A stretch of 60,391 bases of DNA, the filler included, from Squatina squatina (Eukaryota): assembly GCA_031763465.1 (NCBI GenBank). It is 4 parts of 3 records of this genome, joined end to end, with 100 filler letters (N's around TTAATTAATTAA, not from the genome) between each part and the next. Parts side by side here need not be neighbours in the genome. Positions count along the whole stretch, not along the records: positions 1 to 13,201 come from JARFOE010000234.1; positions 13,302 to 31,709 come from JARFOE010000080.1; 2 more parts are not named here. One strand, given 5' to 3'. This document shows positions 12,355-25,002 of this stretch, one piece after another. Numbering within the stretch: the first letter of the stretch is position 1; the number at the start of each line of letters is the position of its first letter. Made by a program: the position numbers and the translations under genes. The notes under the pieces are model-generated. The model did no database searches and was not told the DNA's origin. It was given only the letters and a program-made list of their open reading frames with translations.

Positions 12355-12790
12355 ATAGCATTACATAGAATGTACAGCACAGAAACAGGTCATTCAGCTC
12401 AGCTGGTCTAGGCCGATGTTTATGCTCCACACGAGCCTCCTCCCACCCCTCTTCGTCTCACCCTATCAGCATAACCTTCCATTCCTTTCTCCCTCATGTA
12501 CTTATCTAGTGTTCCCTTAAATGTATCTATACTATTCACCTCAACTACTCCCTGTGGTAGTGGGTTCCACATTCTCGCCACCCTCTGGGTAAAGAAGTGT
12601 CTCCTGCATTCTCTACTGGATTTATTAGTCACTATCTTATAATTATAGCCTCTAGTTTTGGTCTCCCCCACAAGTGGAAATACCTTCTCTACATCTACCC
12701 TATCGAACCCCCTTTGTAATTTCAATGGCCTCTATCAGGTCACCCCTCGGCCTTCTCTTTTTCTAGAGAAAAGAGGCCCTGCCTGTTCAG
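12355..12790 (-). mobile_element. CR1 LINE 3' end
   Basis: RGFDRVDVEKVFPLVGETKTRG...FFTQRVARMWNPLPQGVVEVNSIDTFKGTLDKYM. Confidence 0.82.
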
Positions 12791-13201
12791 AACAGATCAG
12801 AACAGGTTTCAAAAAGAATAACTTGAAACAAAAGAAACAGTGTGTTAAAAAAAAACAAGCTTGTTTAATGCATACAAAAGAAATGCATTTGTCCGGAAAG
12901 ACTGTTGATAAGTCTTAAGCCTCCACCATATGAAATGCTAAAGGAATTTAATTACGCAGCGCATTCCTGTAATGTCACAGCGGGTGCTTGCAACATGACT
13001 TGTTGCTTATTACTTCAACTTTGTTTCAGTAGGAATTCCTGTCAAGATTCTTGTGGGATTTAAACTAATACGGATTAAGCCCTTCATTAAGCCTGTGTTA
13101 ATTAGTGCTTCAGAGCATTGCTAACTGCTGTTTGGTACAAGAGATTAGTCCATTCGATTGGTAACAGTGCAACCAGGAATGCCCAGTGGGTGAGCATGGC
13201 A

Positions 13202-13301
13202 NNNNNNNNNNNNNNNNNNNNNNNNNNNNNNNNNNNNNNNNNNNNTTAATTAATTAANNNNNNNNNNNNNNNNNNNNNNNNNNNNNNNNNNNNNNNNNNN
13301 N
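13202..13301. other. Artificial scaffold-joining linker N44-TTAATTAATTAA-N44
   Basis: Palindromic 12-mer with stops in all six frames at 13246-13257, flanked by exactly 44 N on each side. Confidence 0.95.
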
Positions 13302-13561
13302 TAAGAAATGAGGGGAGAGTCTATATGTAGTGCCTTTAACATAGAAAAACATCCCAAAGTGTGATAGAGGTGTAACCAAAAATGAGCACAAAGGCCAGGC
13401 AGGAGATACTGGGTGTGAACAAAAGCTTGGTGAAAAAGATGTTTTATGGAAAGACTTGGAGGTGTAGAGAAGGATTTTGAGCATGGGGGTCCAGATGGCT
13501 GAAAGCACAAATTTTAATGGGAAATAACAAAAAAGATTTTTTTTCTCTCTCCTAAATGCAG

Positions 13562-13716
13562 GACCTTGCCAAATCAAGGAGCAGACTTTCTCAGCAGACA
13601 TTGGAAAGCATGACCTGCAAACAAAAACTAAGCAGATCCAGCAGTGGGTTGAGAAGAAGCACCATGTTCGGATTACAGTTAGAAAAGGAGCTGCTGTGGA
13701 CAAAGCTGATAAAATG
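13562..13716 (+). CDS. MTIF3: Mitochondrial translation initiation factor 3, internal exon
   Basis: ag|...|gtatgt exon reading (G)[51 protein letters not shown]. It resembles recalled human [30 protein letters not shown], and is syntenic with GTF3A. Confidence 0.9.
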
Positions 13717-14254
13717 GTATGTCTTTATACATCTGATTACAAAGACTAAGTATATCTTGGGTAAATCAATCTGCATTTTTATGCTCTTGACAAAATATAA
13801 TTAGATGACTGGTTTTAGCACCATATTCATTCTTCAGATGGAAGCATCGTTCATCTACCACAATACGCCCAGTGCCAGAGACTTCCATAACTGGGACCCT
13901 TTAAGATATTTAAGATGGTAGCACTTGCCCCTTCTGTTACCTCTATGATTCTTTAGTGCTTGGAAAAACAAAATTTTGGAATCACACTTGCAACCACTAA
14001 CGGGAATACAGAGAAAACACATGAAAAGATAACACCTGACTGCAATTTTGTAGCCATCAAAAAAAGCAATTGTGACATGACCAGCAATGGTACATAACCT
14101 GCCTGTTTTCTTGACATTTTTTGGAGTTCAAATGTAAAGATAAACACTACCAAATGTTCTGCAGCAATGGTGTGCATGACATGAACACCTGATTTTTGAG
14201 TCATTCTACATCTCATTTCATTGAAACTAAACTCGTCTCCTCTGATTTTTTTTT

Positions 14255-14436
14255 TTAATTCGTTCATGGGATGTGGGCATCGCTGACCAGGCCAGCATTT
14301 ATTGCCCATCCCTAATTGCCCTTGAGAAGGTGGTGGTGAGCTGCCTTGAATCGCTGCAGTCCATGTGGTGAAGGAACTCCCACAGTGCTATTCGGGAAGG
14401 AGTTCCAGGATTTTGACCCAGCGACAATGAAGAAAC
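14255..14436 (-). mobile_element. HER1-like (CR1-group) LINE 3' end
   Basis: FIVAGSKSWNSFPNSTVG...HHHLLKGN*, then the gggcaataaatgctggcc tail shared with HE1 SINEs. Confidence 0.72.
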
Positions 14437-15425
14437 NNNNNNNNNNNNNNNNNNNNNNNNNNNNNNNNNNNNNNNNNNNNNNNNNNNNNNNNNNNNNNNN
14501 NNNNNNNNNNNNNNNNNNNNNNNNNNNNNNNNNNNNCTGTGACATATACTCCCAACAAATCTGGTGTGTACAAAACAACTGATACTGTGCAGCAAACTTA
14601 CAATTTTAAACATCTACTCAACAACAAAAGACTTGTTCCAAGGTCTGGGAGCTTCAGCAGCACATAGATAAAGAAGCCGTTATATCAATGGCCCAGATTT
14701 TGCAGTGGGTAATGACAGCGAACTAAGTGTTTGTCATTATTGCTCCTCAGAAACTGACCGGAACTTCAGGACTTAGTGCTCAGGATTTAGTGCATATGCA
14801 CCTAAACGCAGAAATCCTGAAGATGCAGTCAGCCATTCACTGCCCTGACATTGGCTGCGCTATGACCACCACCAGCAACGCGCCCGCCTCCAGCCTATAA
14901 CTGGCAAACTTGCAACATTGTATTGGAATAAGCTTGCAAAGGGATCTGAACTACAATAAACTGCTTATATACCGTGACTGGATTTAAAGGAAGCATTATA
15001 TCAAAACTATACAAATACCTCCCATCATATCTGCCTATATTTCAATCCACTTGCTGAAGGGAGTCCTGCATTTTAAAGAGCAACCATCCTACACAGGTTT
15101 TTGTTTTTTTGAGCAGTGGGTGGAGATTGGTGAGATATACTAAAAAGGCAACACTGTTGCACCAGTCTCATTGCATAACTGTACCACAAGATACTGACAA
15201 AGGGGAATCCTAACTCCATTTACAACCAATAGGATAAATCCGTATATAACAGTTTTTAAACCATATATCGTAATCAACAGATAAAAACACTTTACCAAAG
15301 TGGTCAGTCCTATTTGCATTACTTAGAATATCAGCAAATGTGACAAGATGTTAGGAATGGTTGGACTATGCCATTTTCCTATTTGAAGTAGCTATTTGAA
15401 GAAAGGTTGGAACATAGAAGGACAC

Positions 15426-15499
15426 CTGCATGTATCTTTTCATGACGTTTCAACTTGCTTGGAACACAGAAACATTTGTCACACCCCTCATAATCGCAC
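15426..15499 (-). CDS. GTF3A: TFIIIA zinc finger 5 exon
   Basis: 74-nt ag/gt exon encoding CDYEGCDKCFCVPSKLKRHEKIHA. Confidence 0.9.
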
Positions 15500-15580
15500 C
15501 TACCAAAAAATTGAAAAGAAGCTGTTTTTAATGTTCTCTCATGATAAAGAAGTACAATTAAAGCAGAGTTTGATACCTAC

Positions 15581-15669
15581 TTGAATGGTGGCACATTTGT
15601 GTGTTCATATTGATGCACTTTGAGTTGCTGATGTTTCTTGAATGATCTACCACATCCTTCAAAATCACA
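15581..15669 (-). CDS. GTF3A: TFIIIA zinc finger 4 exon
   Basis: 89-nt ag/gt exon encoding [29 protein letters not shown]. Confidence 0.9.
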
Positions 15670-16159
15670 CTGCATGGCCAAATACAAATGTCAATAATCA
15701 CATGTATTAAGTCTAACAGCAGTTGACAGGTAAAGAATTAGTTATATTTAATGCATTTCATCTTGTACAAGTGAGACAGCCCAAGCAGCACTTGTATTCA
15801 AGCAGTAACTCCCAATAATTAACACGAACAGTTACTGAATATGGTTAATGTTTTAACAACTTTTGTCAGCATCAACTCAGTAATAGCATTTTCACACATG
15901 TCAAAAGGTCATGTGTCCAAGCCTCACTCCAGAGGCGCATGTACATATCTCAGCTCCAGCGCACTAATTAGGACCTCCAACAAAGCAGCAATTCCCTAGT
16001 CAGGGTGGCAATAGAATAGCTATAATTGACTTCAACTCCCCTGGACCAGGAGACAATCTTGCATGATTTTCATTCCTAATCACTATCCAGTAGCCCATAC
16101 TAGTAAGTGCATGTGTATGGATGCAAGAGATACCAGGATGGGGTGGGGCCTATTAGGGA

Positions 16160-16873
16160 CAAAGAAGGTGATTTATGCTTAAGAGACACTGGGCAAGGCT
16201 AGAATACTTAATGAGTACTTTGTATCAGTGTTTACTAAGGAAGATGATGATGACAAAAAGCAGTGGAAGCAGAGATGGTAGAGGTAATAGATGGGGTGAA
16301 AATTGATAGGTAGGGTATACTGGAAAGACTGGCTGTGCTTAGAGTGGGTAAGTCGCCTGGTCCGGATGGCTTGCATTCCAGGTTGCTAAGGTAACTGAGG
16401 GTGGAGATAGCAGAAAGGCTTGCCATAATCTTCCAATCTTCCCTAGAAACAGGGTAGGAGCCAGAAGATTGGAAGGTGGCAAATGTGACACCCTTGTTCA
16501 AGGGTATAAGGACATTCCTAGTAACTACAGACCAGTCAGTTTAACATCAGTGGTGGGCAAGGTTTTAGAAGCAATTATCAGGGAAAAAAATTAACAGGCA
16601 CTTGGAGAGTTTGAGTTCATTAAGGAGAGCCAGCAGGATTTGTGACGGGCAGATCATGTTTGGCTAATCTGGTTGAATTTTTTGATGAAGTAACAAGAGA
16701 AGGTTGATGAAGGAAATGCAGTGGATGTTGTCTATGGATTTTAAGAAAGCATTTGACAAAGTACCACATAAAAGGCTAGTTAACAAAACTGAGGCTCGTG
16801 GAATAGGAGGATCAGTGTCACCTTGAATAAAAAAATTGGCTTAAGGACAGAAAACAGTGAGTCGTGGTAAATG
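16160..16873 (+). mobile_element. CR1 LINE ORF2 reverse-transcriptase fragment (stops and frameshifts) in a GTF3A intron
   Basis: Motifs KSPGPDGLH, DWKVANVTPLFK, NYRPVSLTSVVGK and DFKKAFDKVPHKRL. Confidence 0.88.
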
Positions 16874-17358
16874 NNNNNNNNNNNNNNNNNNNNNNNNNNN
16901 NNNNNNNNNNNNNNNNNNNNNNNNNNNNNNNNNNNNNNNNNNNNNNNNNNNNNNNNNNNNNNNNNNNNNNNNNNNNNNNNNNNNNNNNNNNNNNNNNNNN
17001 NNNNNNNNNNNNNNNNNNNNNNNNNNNNNNNNNNNNNNNNNNNNNNNNNNNNNNNNNNNNNNNNNNNNNNNNNNNNNNNNNNNNNNNNNNNNNNNNNNNN
17101 NNNNNNNNNNNNNNNNNNNNNNNNNNNNNNNNNNNNNNNNNNNNNNNNNNNNNNNNNNNNNNNNNNNNNNNNNNNNNNNNNNNNNNNNNNNNNNNNNNNN
17201 NNNNNNNNNNNNNNNNNNNNNNNNNNNNNNNNNNNNNNNNNNNNNNNNNNNNNNCACTACCAGTTTTTGGTCAGGTTGGAGTGACCTGTTTGGGATTTCA
17301 GTCTAAAATATATAAGTTAGTAATTATACCGATTAAGGAGCAGATAAGGGTTAATTAC

Positions 17359-17455
17359 CAAATAAAGTTTTTCTGCATTGTCATGCTTTCTTGAGATATG
17401 CTTCTTCAAATTGTCCTTTGTAGTGAAAGTTTCACTGCATCTTTCATCTGTACAC
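17359..17455 (-). CDS. GTF3A: TFIIIA zinc finger 3 exon
   Basis: 97-nt ag/gt exon encoding CTDERCSETFTTKDNLKKHISRKHDNAEKLYL (compare recalled FNTKSNLKKHFERKH). Phases are compatible with the next two exons. Confidence 0.9.
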
Positions 17456-20400
17456 CTGCAAGGCACAAAAGTTAAAGGACAATCCATTTGGAGTGCTTCA
17501 AAGTACAAACAAAACTAAGAGAAAGCTAATGGTTACTTTATATTGCTTTGTGGTTGAGAAAGTTCTAGCAATGTCTGAATCAACCCTTTTACAGCATGGG
17601 TTAGACACCCATGTGCCTTCATCAGCTCCTGTCATCTCTTAACAGTCTCCTCCTGAGCTTCACCCTTCATTGACCGCATCTCATTCGTTCGCCTCATACA
17701 CAATCCCAGTCTCTTATTATCTCCAAATCCCCCAATGCATTGATTTTGAGATCTTGGTCTGTAAATCCCTCCATAGAATTGTCTACCCTACCATTGCAAT
17801 CTCCTCCAGCCTCATGTTCTAACTAGCACACTNNNNNNNNNNNNNNNNNNNNNNNNNNNNNNNNNNNNNNNNNNNNNNNNNNNNNNNNNNNNNNNNNNNN
17901 NNNNNNNNNNNNNNNNNNNNNNNNNNNNNNNNTTCAACTGTGGAACTTATTTATTGAGACTATCCGTTCTAACGGGGGCAGTTCCATTGATCTCCTTATA
18001 CACATATCGAGTAAACTGAATCCAGATTACAGTTCTGGGACTTCCCTACCTAACACTCAGCATAATGACTGTAGCAGTTCAAGAAGGCGGCTCATCACAA
18101 CCTTCTTAGGGTAAGTAGGGATGGGCAATAATGCAGCTTAGCCAGCGTTGCCACATCCTGAGAACAAATAAGATAAAGCTCTGGGTCTTAGTATAACCCA
18201 GTACAAGAATTCATATCACAGGAGATTCCCACTGTTTTTCATATGTAGGCTGGTACGACCTGATTCGTGAGTCATGCTAATCTGTAGAACCTGGATAAAG
18301 TGTAAACTCTGTCAGGTTACAGTTATCAGTTTGAAAGCTGATCAGCCGGTTGCTGGATGGTGCGTGCTAGCCTGTGTATTTAAAATAAGGATTGTCCGTT
18401 TAATACTATGATTTCTTCTGGAAAAAATAGCAGCATGTCTTTATCTTCAGATTCTGTGACCCTTCAGTGACCTCTGTCACTCTTGCTGTGTCTGTAATTT
18501 TTAAGTGTTTGTTTGGTGACCTCTGTCTCTTTCTCAGGCAGTTTCTTCCTAATACTGTTGTTTTCACCTCATTGTATTCCTGCCACTGTGACATTCTACA
18601 TCCAAATGCAAGGCACCCTTGCTTTTGTTTTGAAGCACTGATTAGCGTAGCTCCTCACTTTGTTCACTGAGGTGCTACCTTGAGTCTGTAACCAACGTGA
18701 CAAAAATGCACCTTGAATTTATTCTGATTGGATGCTTGGAAGAACGCACGGGCCTCTCACCTGCTCCAAACAATGGAACAAATGATTCTATGCTTTGTCC
18801 ATATCTAACAGTGGTAACAAAGGTGGTCTGGGCACTGAAAGAAACCTAAAGTCAGCTCAATTACATAAAACCTCTGAGCCACCTTGATGTCTTCCTATTC
18901 CCCTCAGGTCTCTTTAAATTAGCCTGCCCATTCCTTGTAGCCTTTTCTTATTCTTTAGTGGTCTAAACAAGCAAGCAGATCAAAGTGAATCACATCAGAT
19001 AAGGGAATCACCAAAGAGGCTATAACATGGTAATCAGGTTGTATGTCTCTTTAGTAGTGTTTGTATTAATTGATCTGTCTATATAGCTCTTTGTACAGGC
19101 TCTTAGCCATTTGCAGGTTAATTTGGATATCAAACAGAATTCATGCTTTCTATTCAGACACTAATAGCAAACATTGTAGGTTGTCATCATTAAAGGCATC
19201 AGTGTACAGCAACAAGAAAAACCACACCAGTCAGACTTTCGGATCTGTTTGCAGAACTACCAGTCCAAGGACCAGAGCTCTGTTTACGCTGCCTGTTGGA
19301 ATTCAGTTTCACACGCACTGAAGTTGCATCCACCAGGCTTTATACTGCTCTCTGGCAATCCATGCATTGCAAATTACATTTTCTCCTCAAATAATGCAGT
19401 GCTTGGGGACAACTGGCAGAGAGGGGCCATGAATAGGTATCAGCAACAGGGCATAAGGCACCAAAACAGAACATTAATAATGGGGCAATTCCAATTCCAG
19501 TTAAATGCTTTCACAAAAGCGCAGCTCGCATTATTGTTTTATTTCCCCTTTTCTTCTGCTGACGAGACAATTGGGAAGACTGGCTCTCACCAAAAGAGGC
19601 TGTTGAAAATAGACAGATGGTGACAGCTGCTTAGGCCCGACACTGGGATTTCTCTCAGCTATCAGCTTGGCCCATTATTTACATTTTTTAATTAGCTGAC
19701 GAGCAAACTGTTTTCATCTGCGAATGTAACCAAACAATGGAGGACAGCGAGCTTGGGAGCGCGAGGCTGAACAATGAACAACGCTGGCTTGGAATGCAAA
19801 TAAAAGTAGACATCGCTGCAAACAGGCGGGCATTCTCCCTGTGGGGCAGAAGCTGAAAAAGTCAGAATACGGACAAGTTAAGATTAACAGTCAAAGGTTT
19901 CATCGCANNNNNNNNNNNNNNNNNNNNNNNNNNNNNNNNNNNNNNNNNNNNNNNNNNNNNNNNNNNNNNNNNNNNNNNNNNNNNNNNNNNNNNNNNNNNN
20001 NNNNNNNTTATTATGGGAGAGGCTGGTTACCATGAACTTATCCAATGCAATAATACAGCTGTGACCACAGCTTGTTTAGATGCATGCCTGCCGACCCCTG
20101 TCTGTGTGGTGTCTCCCTATAACTGCTTTTCTGGATCTGGCTAACTGCCGCCCCATGAAGCTTAGCAATTTCCTCTTCCATGCAAACACTGAAATTGCAC
20201 AAGTGTAGAAAAGATAACTTGCTAACTGCTGTGGGCAGTTTTTAAAGTCTGCAGAATAAGAAAACATGTGGAAGANNNNNNNNNNACAGTGCAAGTGGTG
20301 TTAACGGAGAACCAAAAGCCTGATTGTTCATTCACAACATGAGTGGTTGGCAACTGTGTGAGCTTAAATTTCATATTATATCAATAGGTATTGGGGAGCT

Positions 20401-22399
20401 CTCTACTAAATTACAGGGAGTCTAATGAACCACAAAAAGGCAACTTAAAAACAACAGAATGCCTTTCCAGCTTGGTGCCCCATTGTAAAACTGACACTGT
20501 GGATTGTCCACCCGCTACACAAACCGCCCGATTTGTATTTCGGGGGAAACAAAGAATGACTAGAGGAGAAACACTTTGTTCATAGTTAGCAGTCATTGGT
20601 CTGGTTCTTCAACATCAAATTATCCATAATATCAAGAACAAAATACAATTCTTCATTGAACCAGGAATAAGAATGTCACTCACTAAGTAACATATTCATA
20701 GCATAGGACACCAAGCATTTGATTAATGTGATTAACTATAATTGGGAAGGAAATTAATATGAAACTTACTTCTCTGAAATGCAGACACAGAAAGGTCTTA
20801 GATACTAATGGCACTGATACATTGTGCTGGCCAGTTAAAAAGCACTGTAAGACTTGTTAAAGCAGTAAAGACACAGATGTACAAGGGGAATCTATCATCA
20901 TAGACAATGCAGATCCCTCACACTGTCTAAAAGGACACTTTGTGAGAAGTTGGATGCATTCTTTTCTGTGCCAATCAAAACAGAACCTTGTTAATAGTCC
21001 AAAGTGCCTTGTCGTCTTTGACAAAAGAATGTGTGCAGTGTGGTATGCTGTCTGATGAAACAGTGTGGACTTCGATGAAGTTTTCTGTCTGCAGATTTTA
21101 ATGAACACGTGCTATCCATATCAAGGGTCAGGGACTTTCTCGACTCAGCATAGTCAAAAAATAGCTGGCGAAACATGCCAGAGACCACTGGTATGCATTC
21201 TCCTTATACCATTATCTTGGCTTTTCACTCTGTTCAACAGAATCATGGCAAGAGCAGAGCTCTCAGATGATGAAAAGTTATCTTTTGACAGACTATTGGA
21301 GAAGCTGTGCAACTCTGCCCTTGAGCAGACAGCTTTTAAACGCAAGTTTTTTCTCTGCAGCAAGATACACATTCACTTCCTTTATGGAAAAGCTTGGTGT
21401 CATATTTCACCCCGAGATGAGCTGCTGACCATATATCTGCGCCAAAATTCAGACCGCCTGTTTCCACCTCCATAACAGCTCCTCACTCCGCCCCTGCCTC
21501 AGATCATCTGCTACTGAAACCCTCATGCAGGCCTGTGTTACCTCTGGACGTGACTCTNNNNNNNNNNNNNNNNNNNNNNNNNNNNNNNNNNNNNNNNNNN
21601 NNNNNNNNNNNNNNNNNNNNNNNNNNNNNNNNNNNNNNNNNNNNNNNNNNNNNNNNNCCTCAATTCCCGCTCAACCAGCTCCACTTTCTTTCCTCTTTCT
21701 TCTCCAGTTGGTGTTGTTCTTTTCTGGTGGATGTACCAGTCTGAAAGAAACAGACACCTCCTCCCTCCCAAAGCAGACAGAGATATTATTCTCTTGTCAA
21801 GGAAAATAAATAAAACAGGTAAACATAATTAATAAAACATAAGTTTGCAACAGAAACATTTGGCTCAGACATAAAAACAGCTTCACTGAAGCCAAGAAGA
21901 TGCAATGTGCCTTGTAGACGCGTCAATAGTTAGAATTCTTTGCCAGCGGAAGGGCGGAGTATAATCCTGCTTTAACACATGGTGCAATAGAGCTCCAACA
22001 ATCGATGAGAATTACTCTGGTTCTGGCCACAGCAGGTTGTATGGCGGTGTAAACACTGCCTCTGTGTTGTCAGACTGCTTGATCCACATCCACACCTACA
22101 TAAGCTGAAATTTCCGTGAATGACCGGATTGCCAGCGGAACTGGGTCAGACGGAACTTCCAACTGTCGATCCACCTCTGCCGTGACTCCGCATCATTTCC
22201 CTGGATTGAGATCAATCAGGTACCCAGGGTGGCCTCCCAGAATTATAACTGCTGTTACTCAGAACCCCACCCCTACAGAAGTGGGGGTGAGGCCATGTCC
22301 TGCCATCACACATCACTTGCTGCTACAGCCTAAATGAAAGGGCTAAACATTCAGCGGCAGAATAATTGGAGTGACTGCACGAGCCAGTTGAACAGCCTG

Positions 22400-23280
22400 G
22401 GTGGTTGGAGGGATGGAAGGAAGTGGGAGTGCACAGGAGTCTGGAATTGGAGGAAATGCAGTTATCGGAGGGTTGTAGGGCTGGAGGAGATTACAGAGAT
22501 AACAAGGGAAGAGGCCATGGAGGGCTTGGAACACGAGGATGAGAATTTTAAAATCGAGGCACTAGTGGGCCAAAAACAAATGTAGGTCAGTCAGCACAGG
22601 AGTGATGGGTGAGCAGGACTTGGTGTGAGCAGCAGAGTTTTTGGGTGAGCTGAAATTTAGAGTGGATCAAAGATGGGAGGCCGGCCAGGAAAGCCTCAGT
22701 ATAGTTGAGTTTGGAGGTAACAAAGCATGGATGAGTTTTTCAGCAGTAGATGATTTGATGGCAGATTTGAAAGGGTGGGAGACAGTACCTGAGGAGAGGG
22801 AACCTTTTACAAAATCAGCTAGCATGGGGGCCAAGGAGGGAAGTAGTGTGGTCAGTGGTTTAAGGGTGGCCATACCAGGGGAACAACCAGGATGGAAGAC
22901 AGTTGACTTGTAATTAGGGTGGAGTGAGCTTGNNNNNNNNNNGAGGCAGAAGCGGAGAGCGAGTAAGGCCAGGGGCTGTTTTAGGGGCAGAATATTAACG
23001 GACGCACTGCTATAGGTTTTCCCATGGAAAATGGAGAGACGAGAAGACAAGGAGAATCAACAATCACCGTTGATCCAAGGGTCCAGCGGAGGTGGGTAGT
23101 GGCCTTGGTGATCAGTAGTGCACTAGTAGTCCTACAGATCCAGTATACCAGCAGAGCGATAATGGAGTCAGTATCAATGGGAAGCCAGCAGAAAGCAGGT
23201 GAGAGTGCTACCACTGACTGTAGTCTAGTAGAGCAGCATAGTCCTGATGACAGGGCAATCCAGAAATCCTAGAAGTTAAA
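22400..23280 (-). mobile_element. L2-clade LINE fragments
   Basis: Minus-strand PLTTLLPSLAPMLADFVKGSLSSGTVSHPFKSA, with L2 3' sequence (gagattacagagat...gaggccatggaggg on the plus strand). Confidence 0.65.
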
Positions 23281-23689
23281 TTTTAGCAGAATTCCAGCCA
23301 TTGAAAACAGCTTAGTGCAAACAAGGAACAAGCAACGTTGAGGAGGGGCAGTGGGCTCTGCACAGGCAGCTTTAACTTGCAGTTTGAACTTGTGCTTTGG
23401 GCTAAAGTGTACTCACCATTACACCTAGGGAATTTTAAGCAATGGAAGAGGAGATTAGAGGAGAAAGAGCAAAGGATGGCAATGGATGACCAAGGATGGA
23501 GCTGCAGTGGAGAGGCGCTTAGTCAGGAGCTGCCAGCCCAAGAGCCATATTGAAATTTATTCAAGGTGGCTCTTGTGCTTGACCATTTCCTGATACCCAC
23601 ATTAATGCATCACAGGTCAATCTATATCTTTTGTTGTGTGTGTGGTTGCTGTGCTTCACCCTCCCCAGTTCCCCTGTTCTGTTCCTTTT

Positions 23690-23815
23690 TAAATGCTGTT
23701 GATCTGTAATGTCTTTTCATTTGAGGAAGGACTTATGCCTGTAACATTAAATGATTTGTGTTTTCTTGACAGATTCTGCCTGACTTGCTGAGTGTCTCCA
23801 GCAGTTTTTGTTTTT
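23690..23815 (+). mobile_element. Penelope-like terminal repeat remnant with a decayed hammerhead motif
   Basis: ttgaggaagg..cctgtaac...acagattctgcctgacttgctgagtgtctccagcagtttttg resembles the recalled elasmobranch PLE terminus. Confidence 0.55.
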
Positions 23816-24844
23816 GACGCTGTTTAACTTGTTTTAATTAAAAGTGTCTCTGTTCCACATACATTTGTGATAAAAAGAACCATTTTTGATTCAGGAATTT
23901 ATTTCTACTTTTAATGTAAGAAACTAGAGCACATCAAATAAAGCAACAATGAATGTACAATGAGGCTTCTAACAGTATTGTTCTTCAGAAAACAAAAGTG
24001 CCAAAAGGAAGCATGAATGGAATGTCAAGGTCGCCTCCTTCAGTTTATCTAAAAATAAAATTCAACAGCTCAATTGCATCATACAATACTGTTTTGAACA
24101 CCTAACTTTTCAGTATTACTCTGCTTAACGAAGCTTCATGTTTTTGTTAAAAATTGTGTACATAATTGAATTTAATATAACCAGTTAAAACAATTCCTGG
24201 TGCAATTGTATGTATTTAAAATTGGCTTTAAATAAAGAATGTAAATGCTGATTTTTATGTAGAACCCATTGCTTTGGCTCTGTAGAATGCATTGATAAAC
24301 TTTCAGGGTTAATTTGATCTGCATGAGTAATGTCGTATACATGTTTAGGTTTTATACTTGCCCTGTTAATAGGTGAGTCATGTATTGTGAGTTGGTATAC
24401 AATTCTTCATAAGACTGTACAATGTGCTAAAGCAACAGAAAGGACATAGCAATGTCATAGCAATGTCTGCCTCACTATTTAGGAAATCTGTCTTTATTCC
24501 TATCGCAGCTTAGCCTTGAATGAAAATGTGTAGAGTGACAGCTTCAGTACCATCTTACTGGTTGTATTAGGTGTTTGCATTATCAGCTCAATACTCGGAT
24601 TGTTGCCATGACAATAGCACCCTTTAGATAAGCATGCAATTCTCCTTTCCTTAAAGTGTGGCTCCTGTGGACCATAACATATGCCAGATGTTGTTGTTAG
24701 GCAGTAGTCTGATCTGAGCATATTTTGTTCTGCTTTGTCATCAATTAATGCTGATTTAGAGTGAAGCCAGTCTACAGCCGATAGAGCTTGTATTCCAACT
24801 GTAAAAATCCACAAAACAAGCAGAAAAAAACAGCACCCAGCATC

Positions 24845-25002
24845 ATCCCCTGCACCCCTTCCCCTTCCCACGGCACCTTCCCGTGCAAGCGCAGGAGATG
24901 CTACACCTGCCCTTTTACCTCCTCCGTTCCCACTGTCCAGGGCCCCAAACATTCCTTCCAGGTGAGACAGCGATTTACTTGTACTTCTTTCAATTTAGTA
25001 TA
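24845..25002 (+). mobile_element. Penelope-like element Cys-linker / GIY-YIG start fragment
   Basis: HGTFPCKRRRCYTCPFTSSVPTVQGPKHSFQVRQRFTCTSFNLV. Confidence 0.8.

Noticed and set aside
1-13200. TRPM3 exons or miR-204 expected from synteny
   Set aside because: I could not find a recognisable TRPM3 peptide or the miR-204 mature sequence by eye.
13246-13257. TTAATTAATTAA as a biological palindrome or piggyBac site
   Set aside because: The identical N44 padding at three places shows it is a synthetic spacer.
13953-14250. MSRKQAGYVPL as a GTF3A C-terminal exon
   Set aside because: Only a faint resemblance to the SxLSGYIPP motif, with no supporting flanking residues or splice structure.
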